From assembly GCF_000372725.1 (NCBI RefSeq), contig NW_005201269.1, positions 124,001 through 188,000 on the forward strand: DNA of 64,000 bases, read 5' to 3'. Shown here piece after piece: positions 40,497 through 51,184 of this stretch. The notes beneath the pieces were generated by a model. That model worked only from the letters and a program-made list of their open reading frames with translations. It was not told where the DNA came from and searched no databases. The stretch is from Emiliania huxleyi CCMP1516. Lineage: Eukaryota. The stretch's first letter is position 1; every line of letters starts with the position of its first letter. The position numbers were made by a program, and so were the translations under genes.

Positions 40497-42131
40497 TCAC
40501 CGTGCGCTGATCCAATCATCGCGCCGGCAGTAGAACAGGATGGACGGCGCATCGCCGCAGCCGAGGCGGGCGCGCACCTCCGCCTCTGAGAGCTGTTCCG
40601 CAGTCTCGTCGTCGAAGAGTGTCCAGCCGTCCACATGGGCAGCACCGGCGCGTAGAGGAGAAGCGTCGGCCTGGGGCGGCATTGAGGGCGGCGTTGAGGA
40701 CGGCGGCGGCGACGGCGGCGGCGACGGTGGCGGCTCTCGCTGCCGGGCAGCTCCTCGCTTGCCCCGCCTCTGGCTCGCGCGGCCCTCCGCCGGCGTGGCG
40801 CGCCGCTGCGGGCCGGCGGCAGGGCGGACGCGCGCCGCCAGCGAGGCGGAGCGGGTGGCGGAGCGGGTCTGCCGCCGCGTCGGGGGCGGGTCCGAAGAGC
40901 GGCCACGCTTGCCCTTCTCGCGCGCCGAGGACCTCGTCGCCCGAGGCGTCTGGGCCGCCGCCGCCGCCGCGGCGGCGGCGGCGGCGGCGGGAGTCCGAGC
41001 CGCGGCGGGCGTCTTGGCGGCCGCGGCGGGGGCCCAAGCCTTGGCTGCTGGCTCGGCCTCCTCCCGCGCCTCGCGGCTCTGCTGCCGCTGCGGGGCGTGC
41101 GTGCGTGTGTACGCCACGTAGTGCCCCCTGCCGGAGGCCCCGCGGTGAACAATCAGCGACACGAGCTCGTACGAGGCGAACCCTCGGCCCGCTTGCCCGC
41201 CCGCCACGCCGCCCTCCTCCGCCACCCCGCCCTCCTCCGCCACGCCGCCCTCCTCGTGCTCGAGCGGCAGCCGCAGCACCGGCGCCCACCCGGCCCACTG
41301 CCCCGCCCCTCCCTCCGCCCCTCCCTCCGCCCCCTGCGCCCGCCCCGCCTCCCCGCCCTCCAGCCCTCGCAGGGCGGCACGCTCGCACCGGCCGGGCCGA
41401 AGGTGGAGGACGAGGACCCGGGCCGCCCGCACGTGGCTGGTGGTCCGGTTCGCGTCGCAGAGCGCGCAGCACTCGCCGCACGCGTACTTGTCCGCCCCGC
41501 GCAGCGTAGCGACGAGCTGCTGCGGCGCGGAGAGGGCGTCCTCGATGCTGCAGCGAGGCGGGCGGCGCGCGCCGAGGCGTGCGGGCGCAGCGGAGAGGGA
41601 CAGGTGCAGGAAGGGCTCGCGGTGGCGTGACACGTTGTCGCATGTCAGGCAGCGTGTAGCGTGGCACAGCAGCCCCTCCCCCCACCCGGCCGGCGGGCGG
41701 CCCATCTCGGCCTCGAGCGACGCAAAGAGGCAGCTCAGAGTCTCGAGCGCGCAGTGCTGGACGTTGACCGGCCGCAGCGCTGAGTGGCGAGCGCGCAGGC
41801 GCTGGAGCAGCACGGCGGGAGAGAGCGGCGCCGAGGAAGGCGCGCCGCGCTCGGCTTCGGCGGTGGCCATGGCGGAGAGAAGCGCGGCGAGGCTGTCGGT
41901 GACGCCGCCGCGGATGGCGCCCTCAGCGAGCGCCCGCTCGAGATCACCACGGAGCCCCGCCACGCTGCGAACCGCCTGCAGGACCGCGTTAAGAAAGCAG
42001 CTCTGTCCGAGGTTGAGAAGCGTGGCGGCGGCAGCGGCGGCAGGAGGAGCGGCGGGCAGCGGCTCGGCGGGCGACTCGGCCGGCGGCAAGGCGGCTACGG
42101 CCTTTAGAGAGAGGCGGCTCCGCCGCTCCAT
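40497..42131 (-). CDS. Ubiquitin-specific protease (peptidase C19)
   Basis: Cys box LLNLGQSCFLNAVLQ, QHCALE, His box YELVSLIVHRG..GHYVAY, and WTLFDD. Confidence 0.92.
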   Translation of the reverse strand: MERRSRLSLKAVAALPPAESPAEPLPAAPPAAAAAATLLNLGQSCFLNAVLQAVRSVAGLRGDLERALAEGAIRGGVTDSLAALLSAMATAEAERGAPSSAPLSPAVLLQRLRARHSALRPVNVQHCALETLSCLFASLEAEMGRPPAGWGEGLLCHATRCLTCDNVSRHREPFLHLSLSAAPARLGARRPPRCSIEDALSAPQQLVATLRGADKYACGECCALCDANRTTSHVRAARVLVLHLRPGRCERAALRGLEGGEAGRAQGAEGGAEGGAGQWAGWAPVLRLPLEHEEGGVAEEGGVAEEGGVAGGQAGRGFASYELVSLIVHRGASGRGHYVAYTRTHAPQRQQSREAREEAEPAAKAWAPAAAAKTPAAARTPAAAAAAAAAAAAQTPRATRSSAREKGKRGRSSDPPPTRRQTRSATRSASLAARVRPAAGPQRRATPAEGRASQRRGKRGAARQREPPPSPPPSPPPSSTPPSMPPQADASPLRAGAAHVDGWTLFDDETAEQLSEAEVRARLGCGDAPSILFYCRRDDWISAR

Positions 42132-42319
42132 CTTGTTCGAGTGCGGGAGGGCGCGCCAGTCTTGGCAAGGCACTGATGTTGGCGGGAGGGCAAAAGAATT
42201 TTATCCTTCGTGCGGCGCAGCCCGCTCTTTTCCGCTTTTGGATGGCGGTCGCGCGCTGCCGACGGCGCTCGCCGGCGCTACGGCGCTCGCGGCGCGCTCG
42301 TGGCGTTCAGGGCGGCTCG

Positions 42320-42461
<142 letters not shown>

Positions 42462-42946
42462 CAAAGACACACAGCCCCTTCCCCTCCCCCCTCAAGGGCG
42501 AGGACACGCACAGGCCGCACCTCTAGTGAGGCCCGCATAGTATGTGGGAGACTCGTGCCGCCGCCCCTGCCACCCCTGTGTCAGTGTGCCTGTGGTAGGA
42601 GAGACTGCCAGCGACAAGCTGGAGGCAGGTCGCTAGACTGAGATGAGACCGCCAGTGGATGTGGGAGTCCACCGCGCACCGCGCTGCGAGCCTGTCGTGT
42701 CCCTTGTCAGGAGCAGGAGAGCCCCACCTGTCCCCCTGATCGTTCTTCCAAAATCCTGCTCGTGCAGGTGGGGACCCTGTCCTCGTCCCATCCCTCGTTT
42801 GGTGTCTGTTTTCTTTCTTTCTGCGGCCCGAGGCGAGGTGGATGGGTTGGGAGCGAGGGGGCGGAAGTGATCAGTGCGGTAGATGGTCAGCTCGAGGCGC
42901 GTGAGCCGGGTTGTACGTTTTCTTTCTTTCTTTTTGATTTGTTACC

Positions 42947-43030
42947 TAAAATCTCTCCCTGTGTGGTGGCGGCGTGCCGTCCTCCCATCCCTCCCTTGGA
43001 TTGTCTGTTTTCTTTCTTTCTTTCTTTCTG
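42947..43030 (+). mobile_element. 5'-truncated family 'X' retroposon with 12-bp TSD
   Basis: TSD TGATTTGTTACC at 42935-42946 and 43031-43042. Matches the 3' part of 22797-22990. Confidence 0.7.
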
Positions 43031-43299
43031 TGATTTGTTACCCTCCCTTGTTTCTGTGTTTTTCTTTCTTTCAGTCGTGATTTGTTGTTGGTTCTCAAAA
43101 ATCTCTCTATCAATCGACAACGGAACAACAAGAAAACGGGCGCCCCCTCCGCATGCATGGGGCGACGGCTCTTCCCAAAAGGCACTCTCTCTTCAATGGT
43201 TGACAGGTTCGAACGCAAAAGAATTTTACGGAAAAGAATTCGTGCGCTCCCACACACACACACACACACACACGCCATGGTCGCCGCTTCCCGCTCACC

Positions 43300-44631
43300 A
43301 TGCTGCGCGTCTTCTACCTCACGACGGCTCTCATCAACATGCTGCTCTGGCTGCGCTGGTGGCACGTCGGCTACGCCAGAACGGATGATGCGCCCATCGT
43401 GACTTGCCCTTCGTGGCTTCCGGCGTCCGCCGTGCTCGCTCTGCGACGGCGGCCGATGTACTACACGCTGTGCCGCGCCGGTCCGCTGACGATGATCACC
43501 GCGGCCGCCTGGCCCGACGTGTGGATGGTTCGCCTCGGTGCTGCCGCGTGGCACTCACTCTACGTCCTCGCAGAGACCTCCTGCACCCACTCGCACCGAG
43601 ACCACGCGTCTCTGTACTCTGCCTGGGCGCTTGCTCTGCTGCCCGCGCACCTCGCGCATGGCGTCGCTCTCGGCGTGTGCGTCCACTTTGTGGCCTCGAG
43701 CGGCTTTGCCAAGCTACACGTCGCGGGCGGCGCTGCTGCCTGGGCCGAGCCCTCCACCCTCGCGTCCATCCTGCGGCAGTACAACTCGCTGCCCATCCGC
43801 GAGGGCGGGCCGCTGCTCCCGCGGGCGAGCGCTCTGCTCGTGCGCCACCCGCTCCTCGTCGCCACCCTCTCCGCCTTCACGCTCGTCTTTGAGTGCGCGC
43901 TGGTGCCCGCCGCGCTGCTGCTGCCGCTCGCGCTGCGGCCGCTCCTCGCGGCGGTGTCGTGCATGCTGCACGTCGGCATCGCGGCGGTGCAGAGCCTGGA
44001 CATCGGGCTCTACTTTCTGCCAAACCTGGGCACCTACTGCCTCGGATTTGGCTCGTCCGTCCCCCTCGGCTCGCCCGGCTGGTGGTGCGCGATCGCCGTG
44101 TGCGCCGCCTCCGCGGCGCCGCTCCTCGTCCGGCGGAGGCTGGTTGCCGAGGACTGGCCGCTGACGCCGTTCGCGCTCTTCGCCTGGTCGGGCCCGCAGT
44201 GGCGATCCCTCTTTGCTCGCCTGGTCGACGGCGACACGCGGCTTGTGCTCGGCGCACGCGCGCCTCCGCAGCCCGGCCAGGTGGTCGTGCCGGCGGCGGG
44301 GCTCGAGGGGCGGCGGCCGGCGGCGGGTGCAGGGGAGGTGGCGTACGACGGGTGGGAGCAGGCGGTCGGCGAGACGCTCGTCTTCAACGAGGTGCTGCGC
44401 GGGCTCGACTGGGAGGCGATGGCGGCAGGAGGGCGCGCCGGAGGCTGGGCGCCGAGGCTGGCGGTCGCCGTCGAAAAGTGGCTGGCGGGCGGGCGGCTCG
44501 TGCTCGCCGGGACGGGCGAGCCCCTCCGCTACGCCTCGGTGGTGTCGGTGCGGAAGGAGGAGGGCGGCGGCGGCTTGGATGTGGTGTGCGAGGTGCTGGC
44601 GACGGGTAAAGGGGAGGGGAAGGGGCTGTAG
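43300..44631 (+). CDS. Polytopic membrane protein, HTTM-like
   Basis: Multiple hydrophobic segments. SGFAKL..W, LVFE and LHVGI motifs. Confidence 0.55.
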   Translation: MLRVFYLTTALINMLLWLRWWHVGYARTDDAPIVTCPSWLPASAVLALRRRPMYYTLCRAGPLTMITAAAWPDVWMVRLGAAAWHSLYVLAETSCTHSHRDHASLYSAWALALLPAHLAHGVALGVCVHFVASSGFAKLHVAGGAAAWAEPSTLASILRQYNSLPIREGGPLLPRASALLVRHPLLVATLSAFTLVFECALVPAALLLPLALRPLLAAVSCMLHVGIAAVQSLDIGLYFLPNLGTYCLGFGSSVPLGSPGWWCAIAVCAASAAPLLVRRRLVAEDWPLTPFALFAWSGPQWRSLFARLVDGDTRLVLGARAPPQPGQVVVPAAGLEGRRPAAGAGEVAYDGWEQAVGETLVFNEVLRGLDWEAMAAGGRAGGWAPRLAVAVEKWLAGGRLVLAGTGEPLRYASVVSVRKEEGGGGLDVVCEVLATGKGEGKGL

Positions 44632-46012
44632 AGTTTTTCCAACGAGCGGGATTTGTTTTTTAGAGCCGAGCCGAGAAGTGTCTCTACGTGGTAGGACGGG
44701 GACGAGATGATAGTAGGGAGTAGAAGAGAAAGCAAAGAGCGCACGGTGAAATTTTACCGCTTACCGGTGATTTTACCCATCTCACACGAGAGAGCGAGCG
44801 CGGGTCCAGTTCTGTCTAGGGAGGCGAGAACGACGGATACTACCTATGCCGATAGACGTATCGACGAAGATGCGGCGTTGCTTGCCATCGTCACGTCCGC
44901 GCTGCTGCCTGCCATCGTCGCGTCCACGCCACCGTCTGCAGCGGTCTCGACGCCAGTGCTGTGCTCTCTCCGCGCCGAGGCACGCGTTAGCCGCGCATCC
45001 ATCGTTGACGCGCAGTCAGCCGCCCTCCAAAGGGCGCGGCCGCGTCCCACTTTGACTCGTGCGTGGTCACTTGCGCCGGCGCAAGTGACCACGAGAGAAT
45101 CCCGCGTAGGGGTTGCGAATTCGGCTGAATTAGACCTTGGGTTGTCTCTTTTATTTATTTATTTCTTTTCTAAAGGTCCGTCGCCGGCTGTCCGTAGTGG
45201 TGAATTCTTTTTCCGTTTTGACCGCGCAAGATAAAAGGGTGGCTAAGGGCTCTGCCCGCAAGGCGCCCGCGTCGCAGACGCGGTACCATTGACAAATCTG
45301 CGATATACCCCCACACGAGCAAATAGCCAAAATCCGAATACCGTGCACGAATCCGGCGATGTCGGCCGGGCAAGCCTTCAGCTGGTGCCAAGACATCCGT
45401 AAAATTGAAGCCACGAACGGCCGCCGAATCCGTGCTTTCGGACGGAGCAACTGAGGGAAGCCGCTGATCGAGCCCAGCGTGCCCGCGGCCGCCTCCCGCG
45501 CAGCACCGCCGCTGGGGACGACACGCTGCGGATTCGGATCGAGCCCGGGGGGCGCGGCGGGCCGCTCGATGGTCGTCCGCTTCGTCTGCGACAAGTCCAT
45601 CCCAAAGGCGCGTGTCCTGCGATAGATAGACTCGACGGGCTCACCGGCGCGGGGTGGACGCAGGACAGATGCTGGCGGCACACATGGCGACAGGGACACA
45701 CGGACAAGACACCCCCTCGCCTCTCCCTGCAGCCTGCCGACCGCCCCGCCGCCCGCCTCGCCTACCGCCTCTCCCTCCCTGCCGCCTCCCACCCTCCCCC
45801 TCGCCTTCTGGCCTCTCCCCGCCCCGCCACCTCTCCACTCGCCACTCCCCTCCCTTCGCCATCACCGCTACCCTCACCGCAGCCTCCCTCACCGCCACCG
45901 CCCCTCACCGCAGCCTCCCTCACCGCCACCGCCCCTCACCGCAGCCTCCCTCACCGCCACCGCCCCTCACCGCAGCCTCCCTCACCGCCACCGCCCCCTC
46001 CCTACCTCCAAA

Positions 46013-46403
46013 GGCGGTCCTCACCGAAGCCACCGGCGGCAGCCTCAAGTACAACCTCACGGTCCGCGCCGCCGCCGCCTGCCCGGTCGGTCGCTGCACA
46101 GCCAGCGCTGGGACTCGTCACACCTTTGCCACCCTCCTTGCGGAGCAGGAGGAGATCCGCTTGCTGTACTTTGAACAGCGTGCCAAGACCTACATTGAGG
46201 AGGTGCTCGTACCGGCGCTCGGCATCAGTGTGTTTTACTACGTGATGGAGTTTGCTTGGGCCCGTCGCTTCCGGGACCAGGGAGCGGCGGGGAGGGGGCA
46301 GATTCACTTCCATCTGCTCGGCTGGCTCGAGAGCGGCGAGCCACACCATATCATCTCGGTCGGCAACTCGAGGGACTCAGTAGTTGTGACCCCCCTGGAG
46401 TGA
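46013..46403 (+). pseudogene. HUH (Rep) endonuclease remnant, Helitron-like
   Basis: YFEQRAKTYIEEVL..LGI..FYYVMEFA..GRGQIHFHLLGW, with HFH at 46305-46313. No downstream Tyr motif or helicase. Confidence 0.7.
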
Positions 46404-46849
46404 GTGAGGACAGGAGAGAGAGAGCTTTGTGGTGTTGGTGTACGCAATAACGGGACAGGGTAGTCGTTCTCTCTAGCTCCCCTTCTAGCTCTTAGCATGA
46501 GCTGCGCCCTGTGTCCGACCCCTTTTGCGCAGCAACACCTTAAACTTTTCAGGCCCTCCAAATTCGGGTCGGAGCGTAGGCCGTAGCGGAGTGGGCCCCG
46601 AGTTTGAAAAGGGCGACGGACGCTTGCGTCCTAGCCTCCAACAACGCCTCCCCGGCGCAGAGGGGCCCCCGGAGGGATGCACAACCGACCCGCGCCACGC
46701 CGCTTGCGGCGGTCCTCTTCCCAGCTCCGCTGAGGGCCCGTGCATTTTTCTCAGCCCTCATTCAGCCCGGCCGACAGCCACAGGAGTGTGGGGCGCGCTC
46801 GCGCGCGAGCTTTCCCAGAGCAGAAGTGATAGAGTCTTGCTCACCGGAC

Positions 46850-47822
46850 ATGCTCCTCCCACCCTTCCTGTGCCTCTCGCTCGTCGACACGGCGTGGCAG
46901 CTCTCACTGAGCATCGGCCGGCCCTCCTCGGCCGACGCTGCAGCACTGCTCGGACCGCCGCTCGCCATGTTCACCCCGGGCGGTGGCCGGCCACAGCCTC
47001 CTGCGTGGCTGGGGCGCGAGTGGGCGGGCTCGGGCTCCCGGCTGAGCTTTCCTCTCACCATCGAGTTCTTCGACGAGCCTCTGCGGCAGCCCATGAGCGA
47101 CGAGCCGCTCCGTCGAACGCAGGCTCGGCGCCTCTTCACGCGGTCGGAGCGGCTCGGCACCAAGGCGAGCGGCGTCGCGTGGGGCATGCTCCAGCTCTCC
47201 AGCATCGAGGCGCTCGTCGTGTGGTGCATCGACCTACCGGACGGCGTCTGCTCCTCCGCCGAAGGCGCCACGGCCAACTTGCTGCACGGGCGGTCCGGCC
47301 ATGATGAACGATGAATTATGATCAGTAATGAGTCGCTAGGCGCTCCGACCACTTCGGACGCAGGCCTTCCTGCCGGTACGCGCCTCTACTGCTCGACGCA
47401 GGCGTGGAGGAGCGCTGAGCTGCAGCGGCTGATGCCCTTGGCGGAGCGGCTGCGCAGAGAGCGGGCGGGCGAGAGCGATCGCGGCAAGCGTTCCGCCATC
47501 GACTCGCGCCTCGCCAAGCTGGAGCGCGCGCTTCCAAAGCCAGGCCAGGCCACGCTCGAGGCGCCGGCGCTAGGTGCAGTCACGCTGAGCGCTGCTGGCC
47601 AGCTGTCTGTGCAGCGGGCCGTGTCGGGAAAGAGATTCAACCCTTTCGAGAACGCGGGCAGGCAGCCTCTCCCCAGTGGCACTGCTCTCCCCGAAGCTCC
47701 CGGTCGCCCGCGCTGACTCGCCCCCTCGCTGTGTCGTAGGCTGCCGTTCGGCTCGATTCCAGAGTTTGGCGTCGTGGGCTCGTTCCTCCTCGCGGCCCCG
47801 GGCGACCAAGCTGCGCAGCTGA
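46850..47822 (+). CDS. Hypothetical protein with signal peptide, about 3 exons
   Basis: MLLPPFLCLSL start; WQLSLSIGR, EWAGSGSRLSFPLTIEF and LPAGTRLYCS; short introns. Confidence 0.6.
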
Positions 47823-48140
47823 CCAGCGTCGATCAGGAGGCGGGGGATGTGGAGGTGGTTGTGGGATGAAGGTGTTGCGATGACTGAAATATCGGCTCGG
47901 AGGGCCGGGTGAGGGATAGAGGTAGGGCTGGCGTCGCAGAGGTAGAGGGAAAGGCCCGTCTGAACCTGCCCGCGGAGTCCAGAGATAGGTTAAAAGAGGT
48001 GTACCCGTGTTAGTGCCAGTGCGGGACTCTTACTAGCGGTACCGAATTGCATGTAAAATTCTTTTCCCGAGCCTCCTCTGGGTTCCGGCTGCAAGCCGGA
48101 TAGGGGGTCTGACGTCTGTTGACACTGGCTGGCCCCTCCC

Positions 48141-49304
48141 AAAAAAACTTGACCCCGGTTACTAAGGAGCGCGTGCCAATGGCCGCCTCCGTGACACACC
48201 CACCACCTGGGCCGGCCTGGGAGTTTTTCGCAAGTTTCTCCCAGCCGGCCGCCTCCTGACACGCCCACGGACCGAGCCCATCGAAAAAATCCGGCGCGCC
48301 GCACTGCTTTGACCCCTGCTCGCCCCTGCTCGCCCCTGCTCGCCACTGTCGCCTCGGTTGCCGAGGCTGCCGCGCACCCGCACGCCCGCGTCGCTGCGCG
48401 ACTACGAACTGCACCAGCTGGGCTCGAACCAACGACCAAAACGTCCCCGACCCGAACGCTGCACCAACTAGGCCACGCCCCAGGCTCGATTTGCCAATGC
48501 GTACAAACTGGCCCCTCATAAACCAATATTTATCACTTATTTGCGAGGTCACGCGGCGCCCCCCCACGGCCAGTCTACCCTCCTATCGCGCCACTCGACG
48601 CCCCGCGGCCGCCTCTCGCCTACCGCGCTGCCCTCGCCGGCCGCCGCACCGCCCGCGCTCCAGCCTAACCAGCTTTGTGCTCCAACAGCTCCAGCCTAAC
48701 CAGCCCTGTGCCCCAGCCTAACCAGCAGCCTAACCAGCTCTGTGCTCCAGCCCAACCAGCTCTGTGCCCCAGCCTAACAGTACCTAACAGCTCTCCAGCC
48801 TAACCAGACAGTGCTCCAGCTCTGTGCTCCAGCTAACCGCTCTGCATCTCGCAACACACTCATGACAGGGACAGACCAGGCGCAGGAAAAGGGAGCGGGG
48901 CCCGAATCCAAGGGACCACCCCGTCGGGCGGAAGAGCTGAGAACTCAGGTCCAGTAGGAAGGCTGCTGGCTCCTGACTCATCCCCCAAATCCCCCACCCC
49001 TGTGGCCTGAAACCTTACCATTCCACCACCTCACACACACACCTCCCCTAGGGCTAAGCAGTGCGCGAGCCCACCCGACTTCAGGCGAGACGTCGACCAT
49101 TCCTCGGGAATAGTTCTGTCAGTGGCTGCACTAGACGCCCATAGAGGCGCGCGGCGCGGGCGGATGACTAGGGGAGAAAAAGCGGAGATCCTAGCTCGCT
49201 GGGAGACGTGCGCAACCTAAAGTTGGGAATAGGGGAGAAGTGTCAGTGTGAGGGGAGGGCGTACGCCGGCGTTTTTGCCTTTGAAAACTGAACAGTTTTT
49301 TTTT
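48141..49304 (-). mobile_element. ~1.2 kb non-coding element, copy 2 (inverted; 14-bp TSD)
   Basis: A7CTTGACCCCGG...CTGAACAGT9. TSD GGCTGGCCCCTCCC at 48127-48140 and 49305-49318. Confidence 0.9.
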
Positions 49305-50267
49305 GGCTGGCCCCTCCCAGACCGAGGGACCATGTGGAAGACGGCTAGTGCTAGTCCCCCATCGGGAGGACGACCCCGGCTAGCCGCCGACCACACCCAC
49401 AAAGAACCCTGCACAAAGACCGCAGGGGGGACCTGTTCCTTTTTACCCATCTCCTAGTAGAGGTGTCCGTTTTATTTATTTATTTAGACTCGCAGATTAG
49501 GTAAAGCCGTAGGTAGGTTGGTCTTGTTTGGCCCAAAAGAGAGGGCCCTGCAATAGGTAGGTACCCCCGGCCTCGAGCCTTGAAATGAAAATCTGACAGT
49601 TGCCACCATTTCCCCATGGTGACCAGTATCCCCCTCCCCTGTACAGCCCGGAGCCGCCCAGCATCGGCACGCAAAGACCCGGGGGAGGCGACGGAGGGCT
49701 CGGCTGCAGTAGTCTCGTCTTCTAACCGCCTGCTGTTGGAGCCCTCTCGTGTCACTACCTGCACTGGTGCGGGAAGCCTACCTCTTGACACTGGAATTGG
49801 CACCCATGACCACCTTGGTGCTGCTCTAGCCACCAGTCAAATCGCGCCCCGCGGGCCGCTCTCTGATCGGTCTGCTCCAGAGGTCAACACTCACGGAGTC
49901 AATCGCCCTAAGGCAGAAGTCGATCTCGAGCGGCCGTAAGGCTGGGTTGGCGTCTCCAGGTAAACCCGCTGGATGAACACAGAGCGGGTCGAGGATGCCG
50001 CCAGCCCAAGTTGGAGTAATCGGGCACCACGACACGTCAGCTGTTCTCTACGCTCGACTGTCTGGTGGCCCTGGCTCCTCCTACCCCCAAGCTTGGATCG
50101 ATCCACGTGGGGCGCTCCCGCCGCACGCGTGCGGGAGCGTCCCGACTCCGTCTGCCAGGTGCTGCGCCTTGGCCCCGTGGTAGTAGGTAGGTAGGTGTTA
50201 CCTCACACTGTGTGACAAGGGAGGGCCCCCGCACACGGCACACACGAACCAGTCTTTCAGTAAGCGC

Positions 50268-50466
50268 GGGTTAGCCCTGGGTCCCACCCAGCACGGGTCA
50301 GCACGGGTTAGAACGGGTTACCATAACCGACGCTAACCCGGCACTAACCCGACACTAACCCATCCTAACGTATGCCCCGGAGCAGCGCGGGGTAGCGCCG
50401 GGTTAGTCTCGGGTTAGTCTCGGGTTAGTCTCGGGTTAGTCTGGGTTAGGCTTGGGATTGGGTTAC
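50268..50466. repeat. Bidirectional GGGTTA/TAACCC telomere-like motif array
   Basis: GGGTTA units, then TAACCC units, then (CGGGTTAGTCT)n. Confidence 0.75.
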
Positions 50467-51184
50467 GGCTCGTTCCACCCCTCTCTCGTGCGTTCACTCA
50501 ATCGCCACACCACAGCCGCGGGCGCATGGCGAGCGGGACAGTCTCATGCCACAGGATCTATAATGTACCACCCTCAGCGCACTCCTCCTCCCTCTACGTG
50601 GTCGCGTGATGGGGCGTGTTCCATTTGGCAAAGCCGCGCCATGAGCCGCGCGTGCCGCCGGAGGCCTCGCGCCGTTCGCCGTTACGCGTTCGTCCACATT
50701 TCGGGATCTTGTGTGTAAAAAGATAGTTGAAAGAGCCACTTGCACTTGTACGGCTGTGGACAGAGCCGCTCCTGATGTGTGATGAGCCACACGCGACACG
50801 GCAGTCGGCACAGCAGTCGAGCAATGCACTGTCCACTGCGTATAATTATGTTTTCTGACTTTTTCTGCCGGCGAAACGGCTTAATGTTAAAGCCGTAGAC
50901 GTTGCACGTTCGGCCACACACCGTGTGATAAATCAAAATAGGAATCACGATCCGTCTCCCAACCCCTACCGTTTGAGACCCAATGCTACAACTTAGCTTT
51001 GTTCTGGGGTCCTGGGGTCTTGGTGTCCCGCGGTATGTGTCCTGGGATCGATGTCGAAAGTGGAAATACGGCTGTATTTACTACCTTGCATGTTGTTTGC
51101 AAAGCCGAGTTTGCCCTCCACGATCCGTCTCCCAACCCCTACCGTTTGAGACCCAATGCTACAACTTAGCTTTGTCCTTGCCGA

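Noticed and set aside
50268..50466. True telomere
   Set aside because: Degenerate, spaced, bidirectional units with unique sequence on both sides.
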